64,000 bases of DNA, from contig CALVXP010000003.1 in the NCBI GenBank assembly GCA_944371525.1, positions 111-64,110 on the forward strand, given 5' to 3'. Shown piece by piece: positions 29,536-38,349 of the stretch. The DNA is from an uncultured Bacilli bacterium (lineage in GTDB: Bacteria; Bacillota_I; Bacilli_A; RF39; UBA660). The notes under the pieces are model-generated. The model ran no database searches. It saw only the letters and a list, made by a program, of their open reading frames with translations, and had not been told where the DNA came from. The position numbers were made by a program, and so were the translations under genes. Numbering within the stretch: position 1 is the first letter of the stretch; the number at the start of each line of letters is the position of its first letter.

Positions 29536-30239
29536 TGTATTTTATTTATTAATTCAGTATACATATTAGATAATTCATCTGTATCAAATACTATTACATT
29601 ATCTTCTATATGCCATGAACTGCTATTTTCACTTAAAAAGTTAATAACTTCTTCAGATACATTTAAAATTTCAATAATTTGATTAACCGAATCTTCAACT
29701 GTTTTATCTTCACTGACATTTTCCATATCTCCGACATATTCATCTTTATATAAACCAACATAATAACTATCTAATCCTTTATTTTCTATATAAGACATTG
29801 CTTTTTCTTCAGTAAGAAAACTATAATAACTATTTTTTAATTCTTCTAATTTAGTTTTTATTTCTGTAATATATGCTTTTGTTTCTGTAAAATTTGGTCC
29901 ATCATTTTGATAATTTTCTGCTGTTAATATAGAAACTAATTTATCACTATTTAATATATCCATCATTTGAAAAATACTATCAAATGTATCAGATAAATAT
30001 TCTTTAAAAGATTCTTCTACTACTTTATAATCTCCAGTAGTTACAGTTCTATTTAACATTTCTTTTACTTTATCTATATCAATATTTTCTTCATTTACAA
30101 GCATATTAAGTTCTTCTAATTCATCTTTTAGTTTTTCTTCTTGCTTTAAGTCACTTACTACAATATAACCAATAACACCAATTATTAGTACTAAAAATAA
30201 TCCTACACCAATTAAAATTTTCTTTTTCATAACATTCAA
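29532..30239 (-). CDS. Hypothetical membrane-anchored protein
   Basis: An N-terminal TM segment is followed by an acidic helical ectodomain. No motif was recognised. Confidence 0.45.
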   Translation of the reverse strand: MNVMKKKILIGVGLFLVLIIGVIGYIVVSDLKQEEKLKDELEELNMLVNEENIDIDKVKEMLNRTVTTGDYKVVEESFKEYLSDTFDSIFQMMDILNSDKLVSILTAENYQNDGPNFTETKAYITEIKTKLEELKNSYYSFLTEEKAMSYIENKGLDSYYVGLYKDEYVGDMENVSEDKTVEDSVNQIIEILNVSEEVINFLSENSSSWHIEDNVIVFDTDELSNMYTELINKIQ

Positions 30240-30332
30240 TCTCCTATTAATTATAGTAATAAATAAAAAAAGTATTACTTAATTATATTATATAGTATTT
30301 TTATATAAAATGCAAGATTTGTTTAACATTTA

Positions 30333-30758
30333 TTATAATTTAGCGTATTCACTATCACTAACTGGTTCTAACCATTCATTTTCTGTATCAATGCCTGAAA
30401 CTTCTATAGATATGTGACTAAACCACGAATCTTTTTTAGCACCATGCCAATGTTTAACATTAGGTTTTATAACAATAACTTTTCCTGGTTCTAATGATAC
30501 AGCATCTTTTCCTTCTTCTTGATACCAACCATAACCAGCTGTACATATTAATATTTGTCCTCCCCCACTTGTGGCATGATGAATATGCCAATTATTGCGA
30601 CAAGATGGTTCAAATGTTACATTTGCTAAAAATAGTGGACTATTATCAGGATCTACTAATGGATTTAAATAAGAGTTACCAATAAAATATTTAGCATAGT
30701 TATCATTAGGATTCCCTTTTCCAAATACATTTATTTTATCAAACTCTTCTTTATTCAT
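30333..30758 (-). CDS. Cupin-domain protein
   Basis: NWHIHHATSGGGQILI...KHWHGA cupin motifs. The start is moved to the ATG at 30756-30758, 9 nt after AGGAGG. The track's longer version overlaps the CMD gene. Confidence 0.8.
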   Translation of the reverse strand: MNKEEFDKINVFGKGNPNDNYAKYFIGNSYLNPLVDPDNSPLFLANVTFEPSCRNNWHIHHATSGGGQILICTAGYGWYQEEGKDAVSLEPGKVIVIKPNVKHWHGAKKDSWFSHISIEVSGIDTENEWLEPVSDSEYAKL

Positions 30759-31074
30759 TATCATATACCTCCTTTGCCATATTAAATACTGCCCAAGCAT
30801 TAGGCCATCCAGCATAAAATGCAACATGTGTAATAATTTCTGCAAATTCTTCTTTTGTTACACCATTTTTCTTAGCATTCATTATATGATACTTTAAACT
30901 ACTATCTAAAATACCTTTACTCATAAGGGCTACTACAGTAATAGTTGATCTAGTTTTTAAATCTAATTCTTTTTCTCTTGACCAAACTTCCCCAAATAAA
31001 ACATCATCATTTAATTCTGCGAATTTAGGAGCAAAATCTCCTAGTGAATCTCTACCTGCTGTTTGCTTAATCAT
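30751..31074 (-). CDS. Carboxymuconolactone decarboxylase (AhpD-like) family protein
   Basis: 107 aa. ...ITVVALMSKG...EIITHVAFYAGWPNAW matches the CMD family. Confidence 0.8.
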   Translation of the reverse strand: MIKQTAGRDSLGDFAPKFAELNDDVLFGEVWSREKELDLKTRSTITVVALMSKGILDSSLKYHIMNAKKNGVTKEEFAEIITHVAFYAGWPNAWAVFNMAKEVYDNE

Positions 31075-31100
31075 ATTAACATCTCCTTTTATTGTTATTA

Positions 31101-32048
31101 TTAATTAATTTTTAAACTTACTATAATATTATTTTTAGATTTTATATTATCTAATACTTCTACATCGTCTAATTTACCAATCTTTGTATAACTATATGAT
31201 GTATTAAATGATTCATAAAAAATAACTAAACAATTATTACCATATAAATAAATATCTCCTTTATTTATTTTGCCTGGATTATATGAATTAGTTGGTAAAG
31301 TAAAATCTAAATATGAATAAAATTCATTACCATTTAAATTATTCATTGATAAGTTTAATGGCATATTATTTATTAAAGCATCTACTGTTTCATTATCTTC
31401 TAAAGTAATACTATATTCTTTATTATTTATTAATAATTTAGCACTTTTACTATTTGAATTATTATTTATATTTAATGAATTTATCCAAGTAATCACTTCT
31501 TCTTTTGATGAATTAGGACTAAATCTTTTTCCATCTAATACATTTAATTTATCATTATAATTTCTAATATTACTAACACTTAATTCTATTCCGGATCCAC
31601 CTGATGTGCAAAACGGAATAATTGTTTTGTTTTCTAAATTATAATTATCTAATAAAGTTAAAATAATTCTAGGTTCTTCTTCCCACCAAATGGGATATCC
31701 AAGATAAATAATATCATAATTTTCTAAATCTAATTTATTTAATATTTCTGGTCTAGCATTTTTATCGTTTTGTTCTCTATTTGCTCTAGAATTATTGTTA
31801 TTATAATCTAAGTCTTCATTTGTATATGCATCTTTTGGTATTATTTCTAAAATATCAGATGAAGTAATTTCACTTATATATTTAGCTATTTGTTTTGTAT
31901 TATTTGTAGCAGAAAAATATAAAACTAAAGATTTATTATTTATATTTGAATTTTCAATATTCATATTAGTTCTCTCCTTTTTAAAAAGACATATTATTAA
32001 TATAATAATTATTATTCCAATTATTAAAATACTTATAATTTTTTTCAT
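31101..32048 (-). CDS. Membrane-anchored flavodoxin-like protein fused to a cyclophilin-like C-terminal domain
   Basis: An N-terminal TM segment is followed by LVLYFSATNNTKQIAKYI (flavodoxin_4-like). The C-terminal region, ...GDIYLYGNNCLVIFYE..., is cyclophilin-like. Confidence 0.65.
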   Translation of the reverse strand: MKKIISILIIGIIIIILIICLFKKERTNMNIENSNINNKSLVLYFSATNNTKQIAKYISEITSSDILEIIPKDAYTNEDLDYNNNNSRANREQNDKNARPEILNKLDLENYDIIYLGYPIWWEEEPRIILTLLDNYNLENKTIIPFCTSGGSGIELSVSNIRNYNDKLNVLDGKRFSPNSSKEEVITWINSLNINNNSNSKSAKLLINNKEYSITLEDNETVDALINNMPLNLSMNNLNGNEFYSYLDFTLPTNSYNPGKINKGDIYLYGNNCLVIFYESFNTSYSYTKIGKLDDVEVLDNIKSKNNIIVSLKIN

Positions 32049-32165
32049 ATTATTTTAAATTCTCCTTAAATAAATGCTAGTACTTGAACATATACCACAA
32101 AATATTGTTCTTTTATCCCAGATCCTTACTAAATTTAATTCTTCTTCCATCACTATCCTCCATTA

Positions 32166-32194
32166 TTGACCAACATAACTATTAGTTCTATAAT
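32166..32194 (+). promoter_or_regulatory. Promoter of the merR-family gene, face-to-face with the MerR-type promoter
   Basis: TTGACC (32166-32171), 17-nt spacer, TATAAT (32189-32194). Confidence 0.5.
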
Positions 32195-32195
32195 A

Positions 32196-32226
32196 ATTAT
32201 ACAATCTAAACTTTGGTTTAGGTCAA
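32196..32226 (-). promoter_or_regulatory. MerR-type promoter/operator for the flavodoxin-CMD-cupin operon
   Basis: On the minus strand: TTGACC (32221-32226), 19-nt spacer, TATAAT (32196-32201). The spacer contains the palindrome CTAAAC-N4-GTTTAG (32206-32221). Confidence 0.6.
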
Positions 32227-32253
32227 GTATTTAAATAACATTTGGAGGTAAAT

Positions 32254-32697
32254 ATGCAAATTGGAGAAATATCAAAGAAAACTGGATTATCAATATCAAC
32301 ATTAAGATATTATGATAAACATGGATTATTACAAAATATAAATAGATCAAATGGTGGTATAAGAAAATTTGATGATAAAGATTTAGAAGCCTTAAGAATA
32401 ATTATATGTTTAAAAACATCAGGTATGAAGATTTCTGAAATCAAACAATTTATGGATTGGTGTAGTAAAGGAGATACCACTATTGATAAAAGATTAAATA
32501 TGTTCTATCAGCAAGAAAAAAATATCAATGAACAAATTGATATTCTTAATAAATCACTAAAATTAATTAAATTTAAACAGTGGTATTATGAAGCTGCTAA
32601 AAGAGATGGCACTGAAAAGAATGTAAAAGATATGAATTTAGATGATTATCCTGACGATATTAGAAAATTATATGAAGAAGCTCACATAATTTGGTGA
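32254..32697 (+). CDS. MerR-family transcriptional regulator
   Basis: MQIGEISKKTGLSISTLRYYDKHGLL is a MerR HTH. The ATG at 32254 follows a GGAGG RBS. Confidence 0.9.
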   Translation: MQIGEISKKTGLSISTLRYYDKHGLLQNINRSNGGIRKFDDKDLEALRIIICLKTSGMKISEIKQFMDWCSKGDTTIDKRLNMFYQQEKNINEQIDILNKSLKLIKFKQWYYEAAKRDGTEKNVKDMNLDDYPDDIRKLYEEAHIIW

Positions 32698-32719
32698 GTT
32701 TCTTTATAAATATATATTT

Positions 32720-34684
32720 TTATAATTCTCCTTTATAAAAATATATTTTCATAGCATCTTCACTATATGCAGGTTTTGATATATCTATATTTAAAAAATT
32801 TGATATATAATATATTAAAAATTGAGAAGCAACTAATAAATCATATTCACATAAAATTCCATCATATCTACTTTCAATTATTAAATTTTTATCTTTTGAT
32901 AAATAATCTAATAATTTATTTTCATATGAACTTGTGCTTTTTTGTTTTAAATAGATATTTTTATTTTGACTTAAATGTTCATAATTAATAAATCTTCCAT
33001 GAGAAAAATTTTTCTTTTCATGAACTAAACAATTATAAATACCTGATTCTACTATTTTACTTTCTAGATCATTACCTGCAGATTCTGTAAAATCTCCTGT
33101 AAAAATATTTATTTGTCCACCTTCAGTTAAGAAATCCTCTAACATTTGTTTATTATCTTTAAAATATATATCAAAATATTCTCTCCAATACTTTATACTA
33201 TTTTTAATAAAATCATTAATATTACCAATTGATTGATTTTCAAAATATAGTTTTAAAAATAAACTTGATGGTGATAATGCTCCTTCAAAAGATAGAAATC
33301 CCTTTTCTTTTCCCTTATTTGTTCCTGTTCGATATGAAATAATATTATTTTTTGATATTCCTGTTTTTGTTACTATTTTTTGAAGTTCTCCTTTTGTTAT
33401 AATATATTTATTTTTATTATCAATTAAACTTGTTGCTACTAATAAATCATTAGTGGTTCCCGAATAAGTAAACAAAAATAAACAATCTATCTTTTTATTA
33501 TTTCTATAATATACATCTCTAGGATATAATGCAACTGTATTTGTTCCGTATAAGTAATTAATAACTTTTGAAGAAAATTTTGCAGCCGCAAAAGAACCAC
33601 CAGTTCCTAAAAAAATACTATTATCTAAATCTTTAAAGTTTATTTTTATTAATTTTTCATATGCATTACTATTAACAGCATTAATTACTCTTGCTTCTAA
33701 ATTATTTATATTAATGTTACATCTTTTAATTTGCTTTCTTGTTGATATTTCAAAATTATTGCAAGTACAAATATCTGTTATTTTTTTTATTTTATATAAT
33801 GGTTGGATATGACCTCTAGCGCCAAATTTTTTTACAACTTTTTTTGTAAGACTTGTAGCTTTTAAAAAAGTTGTATCAATAAATTTTTCATCAATTACAT
33901 AATTATTTTTTACATAGAAACTAATAAATACAGAAAAGAAGGCATCTCCTGCTCCTGTTGGATCAATTTCTACTTCAGGATTAGACAATTCTTTAGTTAT
34001 TTTTTTATTATTTATTATAAAATCTGCTCCTTTTTTACCCCTTGTAACAATTATCATCTTAGGTTTTAAAATATTATATATATCTTCAAGTGAATTTAAA
34101 GAAAATCTATTTATTAAATATTTTTCAACACGTTCATTTAAATTTATAATATCAAATTTATTTTCTATTTTTTTAATCAATTCTTCAGCACTATAATTAT
34201 CTAATTCAAAATATTGACCTAAATCCAACATTTTTTTATTTTCACAATTATTAATAATAATTTGGTTTTTAATATTTAAATTATCAAACACCAAAACATC
34301 TTCTATGTTAATTTTCTTTAATATATCATCAGTATTTATATTACTTTCTTCATACCATTGTTTTTGATTACATATCGGACATCTCTTTTTTGATTTAAAT
34401 TCTAATTTTCCATTTTCTTCAATATATGATACATGAAAACAACGTGTTTTTATATTTTCCATAATTTCTACATTATCAGTGTTTACGCCAATATCTTTTA
34501 AACTTTTTAATGCAACATTACCTGTAACATCTTGTCCACATACTCCATAAACTGCTGTATCTAACCCTATTTTAGCTATATTAGCAATTATATTATGAGA
34601 TGTCATTCCACCATTAACCCCAACTAGTTTTCCATTTTTATAATAAAAATCTGTAACTAAATCACCTATACTAATTATTTTCAT
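32720..34684 (-). CDS. Fusion protein: PfkB-family kinase (with a Cys/His insert) + tandem SIS (sugar isomerase/deglycase-like) module
   Basis: The N-terminus is MKIISIGDLVTDF... with DPTGAGDAFFSVF (PfkB signature 2). The insert reads RCFH...CPICN. The C-terminus has FLGTGGSFAAAKF and LFLFTYSGTTNDL, which are SIS motifs, followed by a second SIS-like half. The start is the ATG at 34684, 7 nt after AAGGAG. Confidence 0.7.
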   Translation of the reverse strand: MKIISIGDLVTDFYYKNGKLVGVNGGMTSHNIIANIAKIGLDTAVYGVCGQDVTGNVALKSLKDIGVNTDNVEIMENIKTRCFHVSYIEENGKLEFKSKKRCPICNQKQWYEESNINTDDILKKINIEDVLVFDNLNIKNQIIINNCENKKMLDLGQYFELDNYSAEELIKKIENKFDIINLNERVEKYLINRFSLNSLEDIYNILKPKMIIVTRGKKGADFIINNKKITKELSNPEVEIDPTGAGDAFFSVFISFYVKNNYVIDEKFIDTTFLKATSLTKKVVKKFGARGHIQPLYKIKKITDICTCNNFEISTRKQIKRCNININNLEARVINAVNSNAYEKLIKINFKDLDNSIFLGTGGSFAAAKFSSKVINYLYGTNTVALYPRDVYYRNNKKIDCLFLFTYSGTTNDLLVATSLIDNKNKYIITKGELQKIVTKTGISKNNIISYRTGTNKGKEKGFLSFEGALSPSSLFLKLYFENQSIGNINDFIKNSIKYWREYFDIYFKDNKQMLEDFLTEGGQINIFTGDFTESAGNDLESKIVESGIYNCLVHEKKNFSHGRFINYEHLSQNKNIYLKQKSTSSYENKLLDYLSKDKNLIIESRYDGILCEYDLLVASQFLIYYISNFLNIDISKPAYSEDAMKIYFYKGEL

Positions 34685-34695
34685 TTTTGTACTCC

Positions 34696-35337
34696 TTATA
34701 TATTTCTTTCTAACCACTCATATAAATATTTATCTTTAAAAGCATGAGATGTTAAAAAATGATTATCATCTTTAATTATTTTTAATTCTATATTATCTAC
34801 ATTCATTTTCTTTAATTTATCATATGCATCATAGCTTTCTTTAACATCTATAACATCATCCCTATCTCCATGATAAATTAAAATTTTTTTTTCTAATACA
34901 TTTATTAAAGTATCTGGTATTGCTAACATTATACCTCCTGATACTGATACTATACCTTTAAATAAATTTGGTCTAGATATTATATAATTCCATGCTCCAA
35001 AAGCTCCCATACTACTTCCTAATATGCAAACTCTTTCTTTATCATATTTATAATCCTTATATACTTCTACCATAATCCTTTCTACATCTCTAAGATGATA
35101 ATCCCAAAAGTTAGAATAACTACATTGTGGAGCTATTACTATGTAAGGTATATCATATATATTCATATATTTAGGTAAAGCATACTTTTCCACATCTTCT
35201 ATATGATTACCTCTTTCCCCTATTCCATGTAAAAATAATAACAAAGGCATATTGTCGACTACTTTTTCTGGATAATATATTATATAATTCATTTTCTCAT
35301 TATTATTAATAAGTATTTGTTTATATTTTTTTAACAT
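34696..35337 (-). CDS. Alpha/beta-hydrolase esterase (carboxylesterase/PHB-depolymerase-like)
   Basis: LLLFLHGIGERG, the GSSMG nucleophile elbow, GDRDDV and DDNHF are present, giving a Ser-Asp-His triad. Confidence 0.75.
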   Translation of the reverse strand: MLKKYKQILINNNEKMNYIIYYPEKVVDNMPLLLFLHGIGERGNHIEDVEKYALPKYMNIYDIPYIVIAPQCSYSNFWDYHLRDVERIMVEVYKDYKYDKERVCILGSSMGAFGAWNYIISRPNLFKGIVSVSGGIMLAIPDTLINVLEKKILIYHGDRDDVIDVKESYDAYDKLKKMNVDNIELKIIKDDNHFLTSHAFKDKYLYEWLERNI

Positions 35338-36019
35338 ATATTTTCTCCTTTTTTTCTATTGCATTTTTAATTTCAATATTATTTATAATATTTTGTAAAT
35401 TATTAAAAAATAATCCCATATGTACTCCATCTTGAAAAGCATGATTTACTAATAAAGAAATATCTATTATATAACTATTATTATCTTCATAATATTTTCC
35501 CCAACAAATTTTAGGTTTACTATTTTTTTCCGAATAATCTATTGCATCCTTAAAATTTGAAAACGGAATCCAAGGAATACAAGTAATATTTACTTTATTC
35601 ATATCATCTAAATTGGGAATTTTATAATACATTTCCCCGTTAGAAGCATCATCAATTGCTTTTTGGAATGTATTTATAAATTGTTGAAAATCATTTGAAA
35701 ATTTTATATATCTTGTAAAATTCAATTCATTATCTTCATTCAATGTAGTTACAGAAACTGCCAAATCTTCATATTTATAAATATATTGCTTCCCATTTTC
35801 TTTCCCGTATCCATAATGAAAAGCATCTATTTCATTTAAAGATGATAATACATAATACGACATAGCAGCATAAAATGAAATATTATAATATTTACAATAA
35901 TTAACAAGATTTGTTACATCAATTTTGGTTACAATTCCTGTATAAGGATCTTCATAATTAGAAAATATATTATATGCTATTTTTCTTTTCCAATTATTAA
36001 TTTCTATTTGCTTTCTCAT
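35321..36019 (-). CDS. Chloramphenicol-acetyltransferase-family (CAT fold) acyltransferase, substrate unknown
   Basis: INNWKRK...ITCIPWIPFSNF...GKYYEDNNSYIIDISLLVNHAFQDGVHMG aligns with the CAT segment ...[30 protein letters not shown]. The catalytic His is retained. Confidence 0.75.
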   Translation of the reverse strand: MRKQIEINNWKRKIAYNIFSNYEDPYTGIVTKIDVTNLVNYCKYYNISFYAAMSYYVLSSLNEIDAFHYGYGKENGKQYIYKYEDLAVSVTTLNEDNELNFTRYIKFSNDFQQFINTFQKAIDDASNGEMYYKIPNLDDMNKVNITCIPWIPFSNFKDAIDYSEKNSKPKICWGKYYEDNNSYIIDISLLVNHAFQDGVHMGLFFNNLQNIINNIEIKNAIEKKEKIYVKKI

Positions 36020-38339
36020 TTTTCACCTTTCTTTTTAAACATAAAACTTCACTTTCTCTAGAATAATCACCGTTTTTTACTAAACATTCTAATATTTTTC
36101 TTCTGTTTAGATCAAAAATTCCTAATGAATCTTCGTATGGATTTAAACTATATGGATTTCTCCAACTGTATGGACTAGGAAAATATAATCCTTCTATAAA
36201 TTCAAAAAAATGTTTATAGTCAATGGCCCCATGATTCGGCATAAACATTTGACTAATTCTATTAACACTTGGATATCTAACAACAATTATTTTGTTAACG
36301 TCTATTTCTACATCATATAATACTGTTAGTGCTATTTGCATAGTTTTGCCAGTTAATAAGTTATCATCAAATATAATGTATTTTTTTCTCTTATCAATTC
36401 CTAAAAGTTCAATACCACCATTTTCAAAAATATTAAAAAATCTTAAATCTAATGACTGTTTTTTTGAATAACCTGTTACATTTTTATTAAATTTTAATAC
36501 AGATACATCGCTTATCCTATTATTAATTGATTTCATCAAAATAGGTAGTTCTAATCCACCATAGCAAATGCCACAAATTCCTTTATTATAAATATCTGAA
36601 TCTTTCTGAAGTGTTAAATAACAGGTTATGAAGTTTTCAGCAAAATTATCAATTTCTCTATATGCTCTAAAATCCTTAGAATAATTTTCTTTTTCTATAC
36701 TTTTCTCAAAATCCATTTTAAATTTATTTATAATTAAAATTACATTTTTTATCAATAATTCAATCTCTTTACAATTAATAATATAATTATTATCAAAAGA
36801 AATTTTTCCCATTAGTTTTTCTACTACTAACAAACTTGCATAAGTTTTATAAATAATTGTATCTTTATTTATGTTTTCAAAATTTAACATTATATTTTTT
36901 TCCACATTTCTACTAATTATTTGCTGATTTAATATAATTAACAAACAATTTCTAATATTATCAATTAAACCTAATATCATTTTCATATTGCAATAATCAT
37001 TTAAATCAATTTTAGAATTTATAGCTTCTAATGCTCCTACATAAAAACTTATATTATTATTTAACCATTCTATAATCATTTCCTTTGTAGTTGTATCTTC
37101 TCTAGTTTCTTCATTATGAGATCTTTGCGATAAAAAATAATAATATGTTTGTGATCCCCTTAATAATATGTTTTGATTATCAAACATTGCATAACATAAT
37201 GATGATTCTTTTTTAGTTAACCATAGTTTTTTCAATAAATTATCATTTGATATAGAAATCCATTCATACATAGGAATTTTTACACTTCCACTAGAAGCAT
37301 CAAATAAACTATTAACTCCATCAATATTTTGAAATTTTAAATTTACTAAATTATTAAAATATGAAATTTTTTTAATTTTACCCAAATTCATATCTTTCTC
37401 TATTTTAGCATAAGCTTGGGTATATTCATTTTCTGTCGCATGTTCTAAACAAATTGTTGGTAATAACTTAACTTTGTTTATTAAAGATAATGTTGCGTTT
37501 ACTCCTGTTATTATTTTTCCATTTTCAATTACAGGAAAACACTTATCAATTTCACCACTTACCTTATCTACACTAAATCCTTGTGGACAATTTAACATGG
37601 AATAATCATTTCCATACCTATCTCCACAATCTCCTATTCTTAACATTGAATTTTGAGGAATTCCAATGATCCTTTCTGCAATATTAATAGCTGTATTTTT
37701 TGTAGCAGTACCAATTTGTAAAATTCGTTTTCCTTCATGTATACCCATTGTTAAATTTAAATTTGAATTTTTTGTATCGGCAATCAAGGAAGCAATCATG
37801 TCAATTATTTTATTAGCAATTTGTTCATCATCTATTAAAACTAACAACCTTATATTAATTATAATATCATTACTCAAATCTTTTGAATAAGAAATTTGAC
37901 AACAATTTTTTAATGATGTTGTCTCTAAAATCTTTTTAATTTTTTCATTTAATTCTCTTAAACATGTTAAATCTTCTGGGGTAGATATATATTCACTCAC
38001 ATTAAAAATTTGACTGCTATTTTTACTAGTCATAAATATTCTAGCTCCATCATTTGTAAGCGCATACATTCTTTGTAATTGTCTATCTGTCACTCCATAT
38101 TTATTTTTTAAATCATTAACAATTTCCTTTGATAAATCATTTAGACCAGTTTCTCCTCTACCAGTTATAAAAACCACAGTAATATGTTTTTTTAATATAT
38201 TGGCTAACATAGGTAAAACACGAACATCAATTTTCTTTGAATTGTTTTCTGTTAATGTTCCATCTATATCAAAACAAACAGCATTATATTTTTGATTTAA
38301 AGATTTTCCGTAATTATTTATTAATTCTTCATTTATCAT
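35997..38339 (-). CDS. Three-part fusion: HAD-IIB phosphatase + uncharacterised middle region + phosphoribosyltransferase (PRTase) domain
   Basis: The HAD part has VCFDIDGTLTEN, ITGRG and IGDCGDRYGNDYSML. The C-terminal PRPP-binding loop is KKYIIFDDNLLTGKTMQ. About 300 aa in the middle carry no motif I recognise. Confidence 0.7.
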   Translation of the reverse strand: MINEELINNYGKSLNQKYNAVCFDIDGTLTENNSKKIDVRVLPMLANILKKHITVVFITGRGETGLNDLSKEIVNDLKNKYGVTDRQLQRMYALTNDGARIFMTSKNSSQIFNVSEYISTPEDLTCLRELNEKIKKILETTSLKNCCQISYSKDLSNDIIINIRLLVLIDDEQIANKIIDMIASLIADTKNSNLNLTMGIHEGKRILQIGTATKNTAINIAERIIGIPQNSMLRIGDCGDRYGNDYSMLNCPQGFSVDKVSGEIDKCFPVIENGKIITGVNATLSLINKVKLLPTICLEHATENEYTQAYAKIEKDMNLGKIKKISYFNNLVNLKFQNIDGVNSLFDASSGSVKIPMYEWISISNDNLLKKLWLTKKESSLCYAMFDNQNILLRGSQTYYYFLSQRSHNEETREDTTTKEMIIEWLNNNISFYVGALEAINSKIDLNDYCNMKMILGLIDNIRNCLLIILNQQIISRNVEKNIMLNFENINKDTIIYKTYASLLVVEKLMGKISFDNNYIINCKEIELLIKNVILIINKFKMDFEKSIEKENYSKDFRAYREIDNFAENFITCYLTLQKDSDIYNKGICGICYGGLELPILMKSINNRISDVSVLKFNKNVTGYSKKQSLDLRFFNIFENGGIELLGIDKRKKYIIFDDNLLTGKTMQIALTVLYDVEIDVNKIIVVRYPSVNRISQMFMPNHGAIDYKHFFEFIEGLYFPSPYSWRNPYSLNPYEDSLGIFDLNRRKILECLVKNGDYSRESEVLCLKRKVKNEKANRN

Positions 38340-38349
38340 AAAAATCTCC

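Noticed and set aside
30751-30845. The apparent 95-nt overlap of the cupin ORF with the CMD-family gene, which could be read as a frameshift or fusion.
   Set aside because: An internal ATG at 30756-30758 with AGGAGG 9 nt upstream gives a normal cupin N-terminus (MNKEEFDKINVFGKG...). The overlap then shrinks to a few nucleotides, and the long version is an ORF-caller artefact.
35321-36019. Calling the CAT-fold gene a chloramphenicol resistance determinant.
   Set aside because: Family membership is clear, but the gene is translationally coupled inside a multi-enzyme operon with an esterase and nucleotide/sugar enzymes. The substrate cannot be inferred from sequence alone, so a resistance call would be over-interpretation.
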